A DNA stretch of 61,535 nt, the filler included, from Sphacelaria rigidula (lineage: Eukaryota): the NCBI GenBank assembly GCA_964200075.2. It is 11 parts of 11 records of this genome, joined end to end, with 100 filler letters (N's around TTAATTAATTAA, not from the genome) between each part and the next. Parts side by side here need not be neighbours in the genome. Positions count along the whole stretch, not along the records: positions 33,622 to 39,124 come from CAXNAA020026796.1; positions 39,225 to 44,727 come from CAXNAA020026797.1; positions 44,828 to 50,330 come from CAXNAA020026798.1; 8 more parts are not named here. The stretch is one strand, 5' to 3'. The notes below the pieces were generated by a model that ran no database searches, was not told where the DNA came from, and saw nothing but the letters and a program-made list of their open reading frames with translations. The position numbers were made by a program, and so were the translations under genes. Of this stretch, positions 36,697-50,100 are shown piece after piece; position 1 is the first letter of the stretch; the number at the start of each line of letters is the position of its first letter.

Positions 36697-38046
36697 TACA
36701 GCGCCACGACTGTGCCCTATGGTGCGCCGTGGTGGATTGAAGTACTGCAGGTACAATAAAGCGTAGTGTACGGACGTACGGTACCGCAGGGTATGGTACA
36801 GTCAATGCTGTGTTGACCTGTCCATTTCGGACTGCACGCTGGTCGATCGCACACTTGGCGGCACAACCTGCGGCCAATCACTGCGAAAAAAAACCCTCCT
36901 CATCAAGTCACGTCACATCAGCTTTCGCTATGAATTTCGTAGCATCCACTCTGAAGTTTCAACGGTTCCACTATGCACTCTGACTCTATGACTAGATAAA
37001 ATATCTTCCGAACTCTCTAACAATTCCCCTTTTCCTTTTTTGTCCTGCGGTGCTCCGTGCAAATACGTTTGCTGTTACAATCCAATCTCTTGACGGATTA
37101 GTCGCGCGCGCAGGCAACGCCTTCCCTGCTCACACCCTACATCCTCTTGCTGACCATCCACACCCACCCTCTAGCGGTGGCCTTGTCCTATTGCTTTGAG
37201 AGCGTACACTGTTAACCTGAAGAAAACTATAATTTCTGGCTTAAGTCAGCTCGAATGGGAGCTGTTCAAAATCCCTGTTCAAAATTGCCTTTCGGGCCCT
37301 TCTCCGTCGGTTTACGCCCGAAAAGAGGGTTAGGCGGCTGTTGACGCCTTGGAATCACTTGCTCCACGCGTTGAGATCGTTCCAGGGCAACTTTGCATTT
37401 CCCGCTGGCCGCAGATTTCTTTTTGGCCAAACCAGGTCAAACACGGATTTGTAGTAAAGAACGGTCAGGTGGTCAAATTTTCTCCCAGTTTTTTCATTTC
37501 TTGACCGTTTTTTATTGAAAATCCGTGTTTGGCCAAAAACGAAAGTATAGCCAGGGGGAAACGCAAAGTTGCCGTGAAACGATCTCAAGGAGTAGAGCGG
37601 ACATTTCAAGGCGTCAATATGCGTCCAGTCCTCTTTTCAGGCGTACAGCGACGGAGGAGGGCCAAAACGGGAATTTCGAACGGCCCCAATTGGAGTCGGT
37701 CTGAGTAAGTCAGTTGCGACTTGGAAACACGGACAAGTGACTGAACATCAGGGTCGGCCATACGCTGTATCGGTACTTGTATACTTTTCATTCACATCAA
37801 GAAATGAAGGCAAAACCCAAATGACCCAATCAGAGGTCGGAGGGTTCAACATTTCAGCCGGTTTGTAGGAAGAGGTGATGGCTGTCTCCCAAGATCTTGA
37901 CTTGAAAAACGAACGCAAGACACCACCCTGCGATCAATCAGCACTTTTAGAGCGGGCGGGAACAGGTGACACTCTCGAGATACTCGGCGTTACCCACAGA
38001 CGAAGGGAGGACTGGGGTGGGGGGCACAGAGAAAGTAACACTGTAA

Positions 38047-38120
38047 TGTACTGTACTGTACTGTACTGTACTGTACTGTACTGTACTGTACTGTACTGTA
38101 CTGTACTGTACTGTACTGTA
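38047..38120. repeat. (CTGTA)n pentanucleotide microsatellite
   Basis: About 14 perfect ctgta units. Confidence 0.97.
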
Positions 38121-41100
38121 TTTAGACTTTGTCTTGCACTTCAGCTTTGTCTATTGACAGAGATGACAGCCACCCTCAGGATTGATAAGTTGTGTTTCAT
38201 GGGCGTAATATTTACTTCGAAAACCAATGCCAACCGTGGCAGTCCAAGGACTTCACTTTGCAAGTGGAGGCAGAGAAGGGGGACGCTGTCGAATTTGTGT
38301 AATCTGATCCTTGGTGATACCCATAGGCAAACGGAAAAAACGCAACGGGGGAGAAAGAGAAGACAACATCGTCCTGTAATATAAAGCATCGTACTGCTGT
38401 ACTGTACTGTGCGCTTTCGATCGGCTTTGTCTCGACCTGTACAAACGGGCACCCCGAGGATGGATCACCTGTGTTGCATTGTTTTGACGTGAAAATGAAT
38501 GATGAACAGACCGATGCAATGCAGCAGGGAAGTGTGCGTCTCATGGGTGCGAAAGGCCTTCTGCGCTTCTTTCCCGACCGACGGGGCGGATCATTCTTTG
38601 CCGACCGACCGGGCGGAACCTTTGCATGTCATTGGCTTGTGCGATTCCCCGTCAGGAAGATCCTATACACTTTTTGAAAAAAAAATACTTCATGTTTTGG
38701 CCCCGATGAGCAGGTCTAACTGTTGGACTGCACACACGCCACTCTCCTCGTCCTCATGGCGCATGAGAGATTTTCTTTTGTATTACATGAACAGGATGAT
38801 GTCCATCACACGTCACAGGATAAGGTCCAGGTACGAGTGGTGAAGCGAACCAGAACTCAAATGACGGTCTCGTGAGGGGGGGGGGGTGAAGATACGGTCC
38901 AGTTTGTGGGAGAAATTGACTCGTCTGTGTGAAGAAACATCAACACACTTTTCACTAAAGATGAACACGTTTTGGTGTTGCATGGTTGATGATACAAATC
39001 ATTTCATGACACAAGTCATCACACCCTGGACCATATATGGTGATCAATATCCCCCCCCCCCACCCCGCTTCCCCCGCCCCCACCGCCACTCCACCGGGCC
39101 GGTCGACCGCGACCAATAACCCCCNNNNNNNNNNNNNNNNNNNNNNNNNNNNNNNNNNNNNNNNNNNNTTAATTAATTAANNNNNNNNNNNNNNNNNNNN
39201 NNNNNNNNNNNNNNNNNNNNNNNNTTCCGTGCTACCTAGTTTCTCGCCTTGCTTTGGGAAATAACCTGATTCTCAGGGGAGGTAAGACGGGGCGGGGGGG
39301 AGTACATATCTTTGATGGGCTGTTATGTTTCGATGGTGTCTCGCCGTTGTCATCACAGCTGGTCACTCGCTTTCCCACCAAGTTTGGCCATATTCCGCTT
39401 GCAGTTCCGAATATCACTTGAGGCTCGCCCTTCATCCGACGGGGCAAACCCTACTTTAGATACCGGCGTCTCTTTAGGTCCTGCTCTGATTCGTGAAAAC
39501 CTTGATTGGGCCAGCCGTGAAGGGCCGTCATAACGTCTTCCTCGTCTGAAATAGACTGTCTTTTGGACTTGAAAAACTCGGAAATTTCACGTCTACTGTC
39601 TCTCATGAGTCCATCGTTTTTTTTTTATTATTACCTGGTACATTTTATTTTTCGCCCTTCAAACCACTCTCCTTCCTTGGGACGGGTCCGTGGTCTCAAG
39701 GGACCAACCAACCTCTCCCCCGGTACACGCCTTACATTTTGCTCTCGCGGATCGGGTCATGCAGCACTCCCCCACTGCGTCAAGTCAAATACTTTGTTCA
39801 CTCACGTTCTCCCGCTTTCTACGGTGTAAATCAGATACCACGAAGAAAAAACCCAACGCATCGGGAATCGAAACCTACTTATTTCCAACCCAATGGCGAC
39901 ATTCGGACCATTGCACCACCGGGGCGCGGCGGCAACGTACCATCCCAATACCGTTGCTATTACGCACACGCATCATGCTTGTTTGAGCCGTCCCGCCCAA
40001 TGAGTCTTGTTGCTGTGTGTTGAGCTGGCGCATTTTCTCTTCGGTGATCCTCGGATGGGATCGCTCTTATTGACGAAATGCTGCTCCCTGTGCCATACCC
40101 ATAGCTTCACTGTCCTGTATTTTAGCACGTTCGGACCCTGCAAACACTACTTGTTTTGCCGCCTCAATCTGCTCTTCGTGAATTTCTTGTAATTATCTCT
40201 CGAATTCTTGCCTCAGTCCCTCCTCAGTACTCAAGACGCGATTTTCATCCATGAGTTCCTATCCCTATTTTATAACTCGATTGATCGTACTCTAGTCCTC
40301 CCAATTCAGCTTTACCTACTTGCGACGCTCGTATTCGCTAGCGTATGGGCTCGCACCGAGCACCGATAACATTGTAGGCGAAGACCGATGCACAGAGGAG
40401 ATGGTTGAATTCTTGTATATTCACTCAATTCAGATGCACTCTCTACTCGACACGCAACATGCACGTGGGCAGAAAACTCCCGAGACACCAAGAGAACTGA
40501 TTGAGCTAGGGCTACCACTGTACTGGGAAGTAATGTGTACGCGATATAATGAGTCTAACGTCGACAAGTGCCGCTCCTAACCATCTGATTAGCCCAATCT
40601 CGTATTGCCCCGCAATTCCTCAACGCCTGCATCCAACATTAACTATACTATTTATCACGTACCGTACACGTACGTGGTACCGAGTACGGGAATACTCGAC
40701 TAGCCGGTGACTGTCAACTCACGCGCACCGTGTTTTGCCTTTAGCGACTTATGACACACACGAATAATGTGAAACTCTGACTGTTCTTGTAGATCCCTCG
40801 CGTAGGATCCCTTTCGATCGTTACGCTGCGACGTATGATGCCTTTTTCGATGTAAAAAAACAGATACACACACGCACACAGCACGATGTATCACCGACCA
40901 AAAGAAGCAGCATGCTCAGGCCGAACGCAGCGTGTGTTTCGGTGACGGATTGGAAGATGGTCATTATCTCTGCGCTACTTTTCTTAAATTCATTGATTCG
41001 ATTGATTTAATATTTTGCTTCATCGTCGCACATTGACATGAACTCGTCCAGTACGAGTTCAGCCACGGTCACTAGATACGAGAAAGGTGCACGCAAGATG

Positions 41101-41450
41101 AAGAAATAACGGAAAGTTCTCCCCAAATGCGTTTTAATTCTTCACAATCTGGTTTTCCGACGTGTGTGGCCACCGCGCAAGGATATTTCTTCTGCGCGCG
41201 CAACTACGCCGTCACAGGCAGCATCCTAATACACGCACATCCAATCCGAAGTCGGCTCGATCCGATATTTAAAAACCGGAACAACTAGCCGCACACGTCT
41301 GTGCGCGGTTGGTTTGGCTCGCACCTGGTACATACAGTGTGGCAGGAAACCAATCGCCACAGCTCCCCCTCCGTCAACACTCTCCAAATATCTTGTCAGC
41401 AGGCACACACGAGACAGGGCAACAAAGGGGCCCGCAAGAATAGGGGGGGG

Positions 41451-41750
41451 AGGGTGTACTCATGACCATATCTGCCATAGTCATCAGACCATTGACCTCG
41501 CATCCCTCTAAAGCCGGGACGGAGCACGCCGGGTTTCGCCGGACCAGTCTCGCACTCAATCACCAAGCGCGAAGCGCCGTCATATGTTTGGCGAGTCGCA
41601 TGGATGTGTCTGGCGAGTTGAATGGAGGGTGAGCTGCATCCTGCTAAGATTGTTCCGCGCGAAGCCTACTGATTATCTTGCATTTGGATGTCAGCTTACA
41701 ATGAGTTGCTTAATTTTTTGGTATCGCCACTTCCTGAGAAAGCCACGGCT
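41451..41750 (-). mobile_element. Retroposon family sharing the LINE 3' terminus; further copies at about 42710-43135, 43172-43191, 56034-56440 and 16636-16712(+)
   Basis: The minus strand ends gtgctccgtcccggc...gatgcgaggtcaatggtctgatgact...atgagtacacc followed by a C-run, paralleling the LINE end gtgctccgtctcgaaaggggtgcgtggtc[c/a]atggtcaaacgact...atgagtacgcc. Confidence 0.7.
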
Positions 41751-44700
41751 CATACATACAACATATATTAAATAGGGAGGGGGGGGGGGGGACAAAGCGA
41801 CAGGAACAAGAAAAAGGTCGTCAAACATTACACTACCAACCTTGCAAAGTTCCGTCACAGTAGAAAGAAAAGGGTGGTAGGGTTGTATCACACAATTTTG
41901 CAGAGATGCTTGGGCTCGAGTACAACGTACCCGCGAGTACCCTGGAATAGTGAATCCGTTATCTGTCGATACACCAGATATTCCAGGATTCTCGCTACTG
42001 TCGGCAGTAGATACCCTACCTACCCTGGGGTATTGGGTACTCAAAAGATATCACACCCTGGACAATACATGGTCAATGGATCAATAGACAAGAAATGTAC
42101 GATGCCCAACAATAGTTGCAATAGGCCATTTACTTTACCCACTACATTTCTTGTATATTGCATCTATTGATCACATATTGTCCAGGGTGTCAAAAATATG
42201 CCCTGAAAACCCAGCGAACTTCACGTACGTAGGCACCTCTACAAGTTTTGTATCACGCGGGTACTTCAGCTCCACCAATACAAACCCGTCGTCCACAGCA
42301 GATACGTACCCCTCGAAACAACACCATCCTCACACTGTCAGGATAAACAAACCCTGGGCGAAGACGTTTCCCCGCCAGAGATACAGAGGCAGACAGACAG
42401 AGCTAGTACCTCAAAAACAAGCAATGCACTTCTTGCGCCGTCCTTCCACTCTTGAAAAGAGAAGTGAGAACAGCAATGCAGGACGCCAACCTCCCTTCTG
42501 CCCCTCCCTACTTCAGCTCACCCAGAGTGACATTGAAGTTCCCGGCAGGATCTCGCACGTGCAGCAGTCCAGACGCCACCACGGTCGACACGATAATCCC
42601 CTTCGTTACCGGGGAGCTCCCTGCGCGTACGGTAACCACAGTGGAACACACATTCAACAATCACCCACAGCGGTGGTAGCGCACGATGTTCAAAACAGAG
42701 CAAGGGGGAAGGTGTACTCATGATCTTGTATGACACAGTCATAAGACCATTGACCTCGCATCCATACAAAGTCGGGACGGAACACGCCGGGTTTTCGCCG
42801 GACCAGACTCGCAAATCAATCACCAAGCGCGAAGCGCTGTCATGTGTCTGGCGAGTCTCATGATGCGTAATGCGAATCCTGCTAACGTTATTCGACCAGA
42901 AGCGTACTGATTATCTTGCATTTGGGTGACAGCCTACTACAATGAGTTGCTTCATTTTCTGGCATCGCCACTTCCAGGGACAGCCACGAGTAACACTGCC
43001 TCGCGCGTGTCTCACCATTTACACACTAGGTAGTACGATCATCCCCCTTCGCGCGGAGTTGAGGCTCTCCCACCTTACACAATATGATCTAACTCGACCA
43101 CCATCATGGTTGTCGCAAAAAACGCAAACAAGTGTAAAACCAATAATATCGTCGCCAGCCCTCAAAGGCGTGGGGGGAGGGTGTACTCATGAAACCAGCT
43201 AACTGCCTATTACGTGTCGTTGCGGTTTTGCACGTGCTGTCATGTACACTGAACCGGCTGTGCTCTTATCTGTTGTATTGACTGCAGGATACCGTATGGT
43301 TCTCACAGGAAGCAACGCACGCTATCTGACTTACAGGCACGAGAGACAACGCCGGCTAGCAACTCCTGCGATTCACAAAAGTGCCTTCACAGTTGAGCAG
43401 GTGCTTTTCTGTGTCGTTTCAATTGCATCGGTCGCGCGCAACGCATGCGCTCTGCTTGCATATTCAAATCTTATCGAACAAGATCTTTGAAAAAAAAACA
43501 CGTCATCTCTTATTCTCCTTCCTTGCCCCTGCGAACGACCGCTTGGTTCACGGTTTACTTTTGGAACGGCGCAATGCAGGCGAATCCTGAACCCGGTATA
43601 TATCTTCATGTGTCTCGCGCGAAGCTGCCCATTTCCGATGATACATCTCTCGGCAGGTGCTTCGAGCCTTAGATACTTACTTGGTGCTCTGTGTCCGCGC
43701 AAGCCTGCCCTTGAGAACGGCAGGGCCCGAGTTTCAGTATTCCGAAGCAGCTTCAAGCCGGGGGTAGGGCCCCATCGATTAATCAAGAATAAAACACTGG
43801 ATTTTTTTTCCAAAAAATGCATAAAAAACTCCTGGTGTTCCCAGCGTCTCGGATGTGGAAATGCATCGTTACGAGTCCGGGCAAACTGCGCGTAGTCTGT
43901 AGAGAGAGGTGTCATCAAAGTTGCCGTGCTGACATGCGAATGATGAGTCTCCAAGCTTATCAAAGCGGGCATTTCCCCCGGGTCAGGGACCGGGGAACGT
44001 CGCAGAAAAAGATAAACAATTTGGACAGGGCTTCGCATTTACACCAATACACATCGATGCCGTGTGTTGACATAAACAGCAGCACCAAAATGTCAATATA
44101 TCGATATGCATGCTACAGCCATTTTCCACCGAACAAACGCATGTTACTGTCATCTTTCAGCTGTGATGACATTTGCGCGGGGTCTACTGCGCACAGAGGC
44201 AGTAGCAGCAGCGCACTCCAAGCGACAGATGAGGAAGATGAACAACAGCCCCGCGACCCTAGGAACCGGATAAGTCCACGGCATCATTCTCCATTCTGTG
44301 TCTCGAAACACTTCTTTTGCGTATCTAAACCAAACATTATACGACACCACACATAACGTGATCTTCAAAGTTTTGCATTAAAATTGAAGTTCATGCGCGC
44401 AAAACGCTGCGCTCGGACGGTCACTCATAAGCTCGATTTAAAAGAGAGATGGAGCCAAAATGCGTATCTTCATCACCTGCGGTGGCGCCCCCTGGGGGGC
44501 TCCGGCCCTCCACACATAGGTCGCTTCATGAAAAATCAAACCGCTGAGAAAAGAAATAACTCCTATCTAATCAATCAAGGGTAGCGTAACTATGAGAGCG
44601 CGATGTTGAGATTGCCATTGCTCATATGTGGCCTATGTAGTATTCAAGTGATTTAACCATTCGGGAACCCTCCCCTCCCGTCCCCGGGCCAGACGCCTCA

Positions 44701-44863
44701 TTATGAGAAGCCCTGACAAAGAAGAAANNNNNNNNNNNNNNNNNNNNNNNNNNNNNNNNNNNNNNNNNNNNTTAATTAATTAANNNNNNNNNNNNNNNNN
44801 NNNNNNNNNNNNNNNNNNNNNNNNNNNGGGGGGTGGGGGGGGGGGGGGAGGGGGGGGGGAAGT

Positions 44864-44899
<36 letters not shown>

Positions 44900-45058
44900 A
44901 GCGTGTGGATTATTCACCAATCACGGCCGACCTTTAAGAACACTGCGACTAAGGCAAGCAACAAATGAGCCCTAACACAACAGAAGCGTCAACAACAAAA
45001 AAATGGTGCATGCGTATGCGGATGGTTATACTCTATGAAGCAAACCAAATCAACCAAC

Positions 45059-47168
45059 CTGGCGTAGGGGCCCCACACCGCGCTTGAGAGTCGAGTGGCG
45101 AAGGCCTAGGGCTTGTGCAGTGCGGCGGTGCTGTTGCTTCAGCTCTTTGTACCTGAACGCGTACAGGACACGAGTGGGGTACGGGGGGGGCACGGGCAGT
45201 AGAGCATTGGGCATTGATCGTGAAACATGGCGGATTGATTTGGTCAATTCTGATCATTTTGACTCGGCTGACGGTTTGGGGCACATGATGCCGATTCAAA
45301 AAGTGTGAAAAAAAAATCCGAACCGACTCACATGTTGCCAATAAAATAGTATGAAATAAAAAAAAACGAAAAAGAGAATCGCTGTCAGCAAAAAAAAGTG
45401 ATAGGGATGACTGATGGAAAAAAATAGCAATATTTTGGGAACTGAAAAAAGGATGAGAGTAATTTTCATGTTTTATCGTCCCCTTGTCTTGAAAAATCTG
45501 TTTTTGAATCTAATTGGTGTTCAAAAATTCTACAGGCGTTCTTCCCCAGACGTACGTAAAAACGTCGCCCACTCCCAGCGACAGCATACCTCGTACCATG
45601 CACCTTCAGAAAAGGTCACAGACCAAGTGCACTGATCTCTCCAAGGTGATTATATGATGGATTTGTGTGAAAAATAAAATATCCGTTCATCATAATTTCT
45701 TTGTATCGATAAGTATGCAAAAAATAAAAATAATCTACCTGTATGTTACTGATGTGTGCATATATGTACATGTATATATCCCACCTTTTCATCTCGTCAT
45801 CTTCGTAGACGTCCCAGCGTTTAGAGACTTGCTTGGAGTACAGCGACACCAGCACCACAAAAAACGAGTGGAAGATGGCAGCCAAGAACAGCGTCATGTG
45901 GATCACCTCGAAGAAGTGCTTCACAGAGTACTGCGGAGCGAGAAAAAACAAGATACGACGAAGAAAAAAAACAATAGACGGGACATCCCAGAGCAACGGC
46001 AACAGACGGGGGGGAAGGTGGGGGGAAAGGGAGGAAGAGACGGGTAGGGTGAGACTAGTAGCCTCTACACGGAGGTTTGTGGTGTGGCTTCATGCTCTCT
46101 TCGACCTGGGAATTGCGGTTTGTATATTCCAAGTGCTTTTTCACCGCAGGTAAAACCGATCATTGCTGGTTCGAATCCAAGCATAGGAAGAATTCTTCGA
46201 GAAGTGTCGTAATCCACGACTTAAAACATTAATAACACAAAAATCACGAATAGTAATGGTACCAATATACAAGGATACCAAGACACTATATAAAATATTT
46301 AAGAAATATTCATGATATCCAATGAATTCATGGATGGATGGATATGTAAATAAGGTAATACCGGGTCAATCAATGAATTGATATTAAAAGATTATCACAA
46401 CCCTAACCCTAATGTTGAACTACTGAATGCTGAAAAGGGTACACTGATACAGAACTAGACGACGCCTTCAGCATCTTCACCTCGAGGGCCAAGTAGCTCG
46501 AGCTCTGGATGGACCAGATGACGAACGCTACAATACCGAGCACAGAAAGCTCTCGGTACACTGACTCCAACAGCTCCTTCGTCTGCTTGTTTCCGTGCGC
46601 ATAAGCTTCCAGCTTTGGAGAAAGCGATTCATATATAACGTGAAAGTGTCAAGTGCATGCGGACGGGGAGAAGGGGGGAAAGGGGAAGGGGTTGAATGGT
46701 CATGGTTGTGGCTCTCGGGCACATGTGGAACACGGGTGTGGTCATTCCAAGAGCGAATCCTACATGGACCGAACATGAAATCCAACACGGCACATGAGGC
46801 AGTCACACTCCAGGAATAAAGGAGAAAAAAATTATATTTTTCGTATTCGGCGAGTGTCCGTGGATATGAGGAGATGGAACGATGAAAATGCATCAGGCAA
46901 AGAAAAAAAGAAAGAAAAAAGACACGCGCGGAACACGAAAGACATCGAGAATATCTAAATTAAATTGCGCCAGTACACGGAAAAATGAATCCAAACTAGA
47001 TGGAAACAGAGGAAGGTGCTTTTTAGTCAGCAGAAAATACATGAAGAAACGCCTCCTCACCTGACGTGTGATGGCGTTGAAGAAAAGCACGCCGCCCACG
47101 GTACAGATGGTCATCACGTTCCACGACGGCTCACTCGCCTTGCCGTAGTCATCATCTCCCCCCGCCAT
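45059..47168 (-). CDS. MLO: MLO-family membrane protein, exons 47168-47061, 46612-46481, 45930-45785 and 45152-45059; 3' partial
   Basis: Spliced peptide MAGGDDDYGKASEPSWNVMTICTVGGVLFFNAITRQ|LEAYAHGNKQTKELLESVYRELSVLGIVAFVIWSIQSSSYLALE|YSVKHFFEVIHMTLFLAAIFHSFFVVLVSLYSKQVSKRWDVYEDDEMKR|YKELKQQH... parallels the plant MLO motifs TPTWAV (TM1), ALEKIK.ELMLLGFISLLL (TM2) and LHQLHIFIFVLAVFHV...W..WE (TM3). Splice sites are GT-AG and phases 0,0,2 are consistent. Confidence 0.82.
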
Positions 47169-50100
47169 GATTCAATTGTTCTTTGGCGGTCCGTTCTCCT
47201 CAAGCAACAAACAGTCTATCTCAGCAACAAAAAAAAACAAAAAAAACGAACAAGCAGCAGAGAATATATAACATATAGTACACACATATACACACAACTC
47301 ATACAAAAGGCACATAAAATCAAGAATCAAGGGGAAAACGCTGCCCAACATCCCTGGACGCATTGCTTGTGGTTTCAACTATTCGCAAGTAAGGCAAGTT
47401 AAATTCAGGGTATTGCTCAATTGCTATGGGGGAGCGGGGCCGCAGAGACCAATATAAACATGATCGACTACAACGGCGTGTTTTTAGTACACACAGAGGC
47501 GTATGCCGTTTTGGCTAAATTCGGCTCATTGCCTTTGTCAGAAGTCGACCCTAAGAGCGACTAATGAGGAAGGCAAGCACCGCAGAAGGGAGGTGGAGCA
47601 CCACAACAAGAAAGAAAAATGTCTTGTGATGAATCTTCTGATGTGCCCACATCCTGAAGATATGGGACGACAGCAGACGCGAAACACACACGCACACAAT
47701 TCCACACTCTTCACAATATATGGTCAACAGGTACTTTGGGCCAAAATTGTACTGGGTAAAGTATACGGCATATTGCAACTATTACCGGTCGAAAATAATC
47801 GTAATATGCCCATACCTTACCCAGTACATCTTCTGTCTATTGCATTCATTCATCACATATTGTCAAGAATACTGTTGGTGCTGCTGATCTGACGGCAGAA
47901 ATCGATCAAGGGGCCCGCCTGTTGGACCGTACGATCTCCGATCCTGCAAATACTGGAAGGCACGATCGCCTCTCCATCTACCCGGAAAAGGAACAATTTC
48001 ATACATTAGACCGGGAATCTCGCAGGCCTCCACGCCAGGTGTTGTCCTTGATACGCTTTCCTTACGCAAGTCCGCCGCAGACTAGGAACTCGTAAAATTC
48101 CGCGGTTCCCTCTGTGGGTTGCCACAAAGAGCCAATATGTTGACGTGCCGGACAGATCATGATCCGTATCAAAATTACTCCCTCGCAGTACACACTGATC
48201 TGGATCATATTCCAGATCATGTGGCCCCCTTTTTCCATGGTTGGCTCCCTATAGACAGTGCGGGACGCCTAGCACGCCAAGTAGTGCAAAAGTTGCGCCC
48301 TGGCATTTCTGAAGCCGCCGGCAACATATAGTGTGCTTTTGGACCAACTTATCCGAGAGTCTTCTCTGCATATTTCAAACGCATCATGACCTGTCCGACG
48401 TGTGAATATCATATCGGTCCTAGTATAGGGTTCTTCAATCAGGCACCACAATTTGCGCTCAAGTTTTTGAAACCAATCCTCTGACCGCGAGCGTGGGTCA
48501 TTTGTTGAATCAGCATCAATGTTACTCGAAAAGTAACTGTATAGCCAAAATACCTACTACCTTCGGATGTCAAGGGCTTAAGCGGTGGCACCGCCTGAGC
48601 CTCGCATCCTAATTTATAGACGCGAGACAGGCACAACGTTGAACACCCTGGACAAGAGATTTCGTTGTCAAAAAAAGTACTGGGTACAATATCGACTATT
48701 GCAATAGACGATAGATTTCAAACTACTGTGCACAGTACACTTTCAAAAAGTGCACACGGTACGGTAACGATTATTGCGTCTATTGCATTAGACAACATAT
48801 TTCATACTGTGCACAGTACATCTTTTGACATTTGAATAGTTTTGTCCAGCGTGTGCAATGTTGCCCGTTTCCATGGTTATGTAGGGAGTGTGAGGGTTAC
48901 AGGGAGGGAGAGACGCACATGCCGTACCGTGACTTCATGGGTCCGCTCCATTTCGCCGATAGGGACATATGTGACTAACTTAACGCTCATTCATGACCGC
49001 TCATGTCGCAGCGAAGGGCGGGGAAGGGGAGGAAATACTCAAGATTTCGGTAACTCCCCACCCCCCCACCCCCCCACCCCACGGAATTCCAATGTGAGCT
49101 ACGGTTCGTTTCGCTCTCCCGCGGTACTTCCGTCTCGAAAGGGAAGGGTTTGGGATCTCAAGTGGAGGAGGAATCGGATACAAAAGTCTAATACAATTGG
49201 TGGTGCATTGTACATTTGCACACAGATGAGACTGCGACGGATGGGTCCGCGATCGGAGAGTTAACCCTCAATACAGCGAGAGTGGGTCATTGGGTGAATC
49301 TGCATCAATATTACTTGATAAAGGTATGCCATCTCCAGATGGACTCTACCCTGCCGTCCGAGGGTTCACCTTCATGCAATTTTACCTGAAAAATGAATGC
49401 ATAGCCAGATGACCGACTCACCCTCACGGGTAAAAGTTTCAACAAAATCGAGATTAAACAGTGCTGACATGACGGGGTGTTAACTCAACTCAACACGGGG
49501 AGCATAATGTTTTAGTACAATGCATTACAGTACAGTGCAGTGCAGACGCAAGTGGTGGACAACTTGAACGACCCGATGAGATAGTATACTATGTGGAGAA
49601 GGAAAAATAACAGCACTGCGGCCAATTTCCAATTTCGAAGGATCACACGAACCTCCGGCGTGACTTCGTGTACAAAAGCGCTGCACCGAGGCCTATTTCA
49701 TTGGAAACGCAAGATCACATCATGTTGTATCACGGATGGTGGCGATTCGAATTTGATAGCACGCACGCGACACAGATGGTGTTGCTATTTTGTTCCAAAC
49801 ACATCTCACGATCCACAGGCGAAAGCGAAATGGAATCGATCGCCAAGCAACAAAGTAGCTATTGCTGTTTCAGAGTCAACCCCAACACATGACAAAACAA
49901 ACAGAGATGCAAGCCTGACTGTACCACTCCTGATACCACCCTAAATATTGACGGCCCGCAACCCTGCTGTTGTGCTGTACTGCAAGTACGTACCATGCTG
50001 ACGTTTAAATGTGTACGGACCCGTCATTTCCGCCAAGGTGAGACACGGCTAGGTCAGCAACAACACGCCGAAACAATTCCACTGAGCACAGAGGACGAGC

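Noticed and set aside
37875..38384. 169-aa ORF with YCTVL repeats
   Set aside because: It is a translation of the (CTGTA)n microsatellite.
43373..44038. 221-aa minus-strand ORF (also 52423-53085, 220 aa)
   Set aside because: No recognisable motif, a random-like composition and no supporting splice chain, so it cannot be supported.
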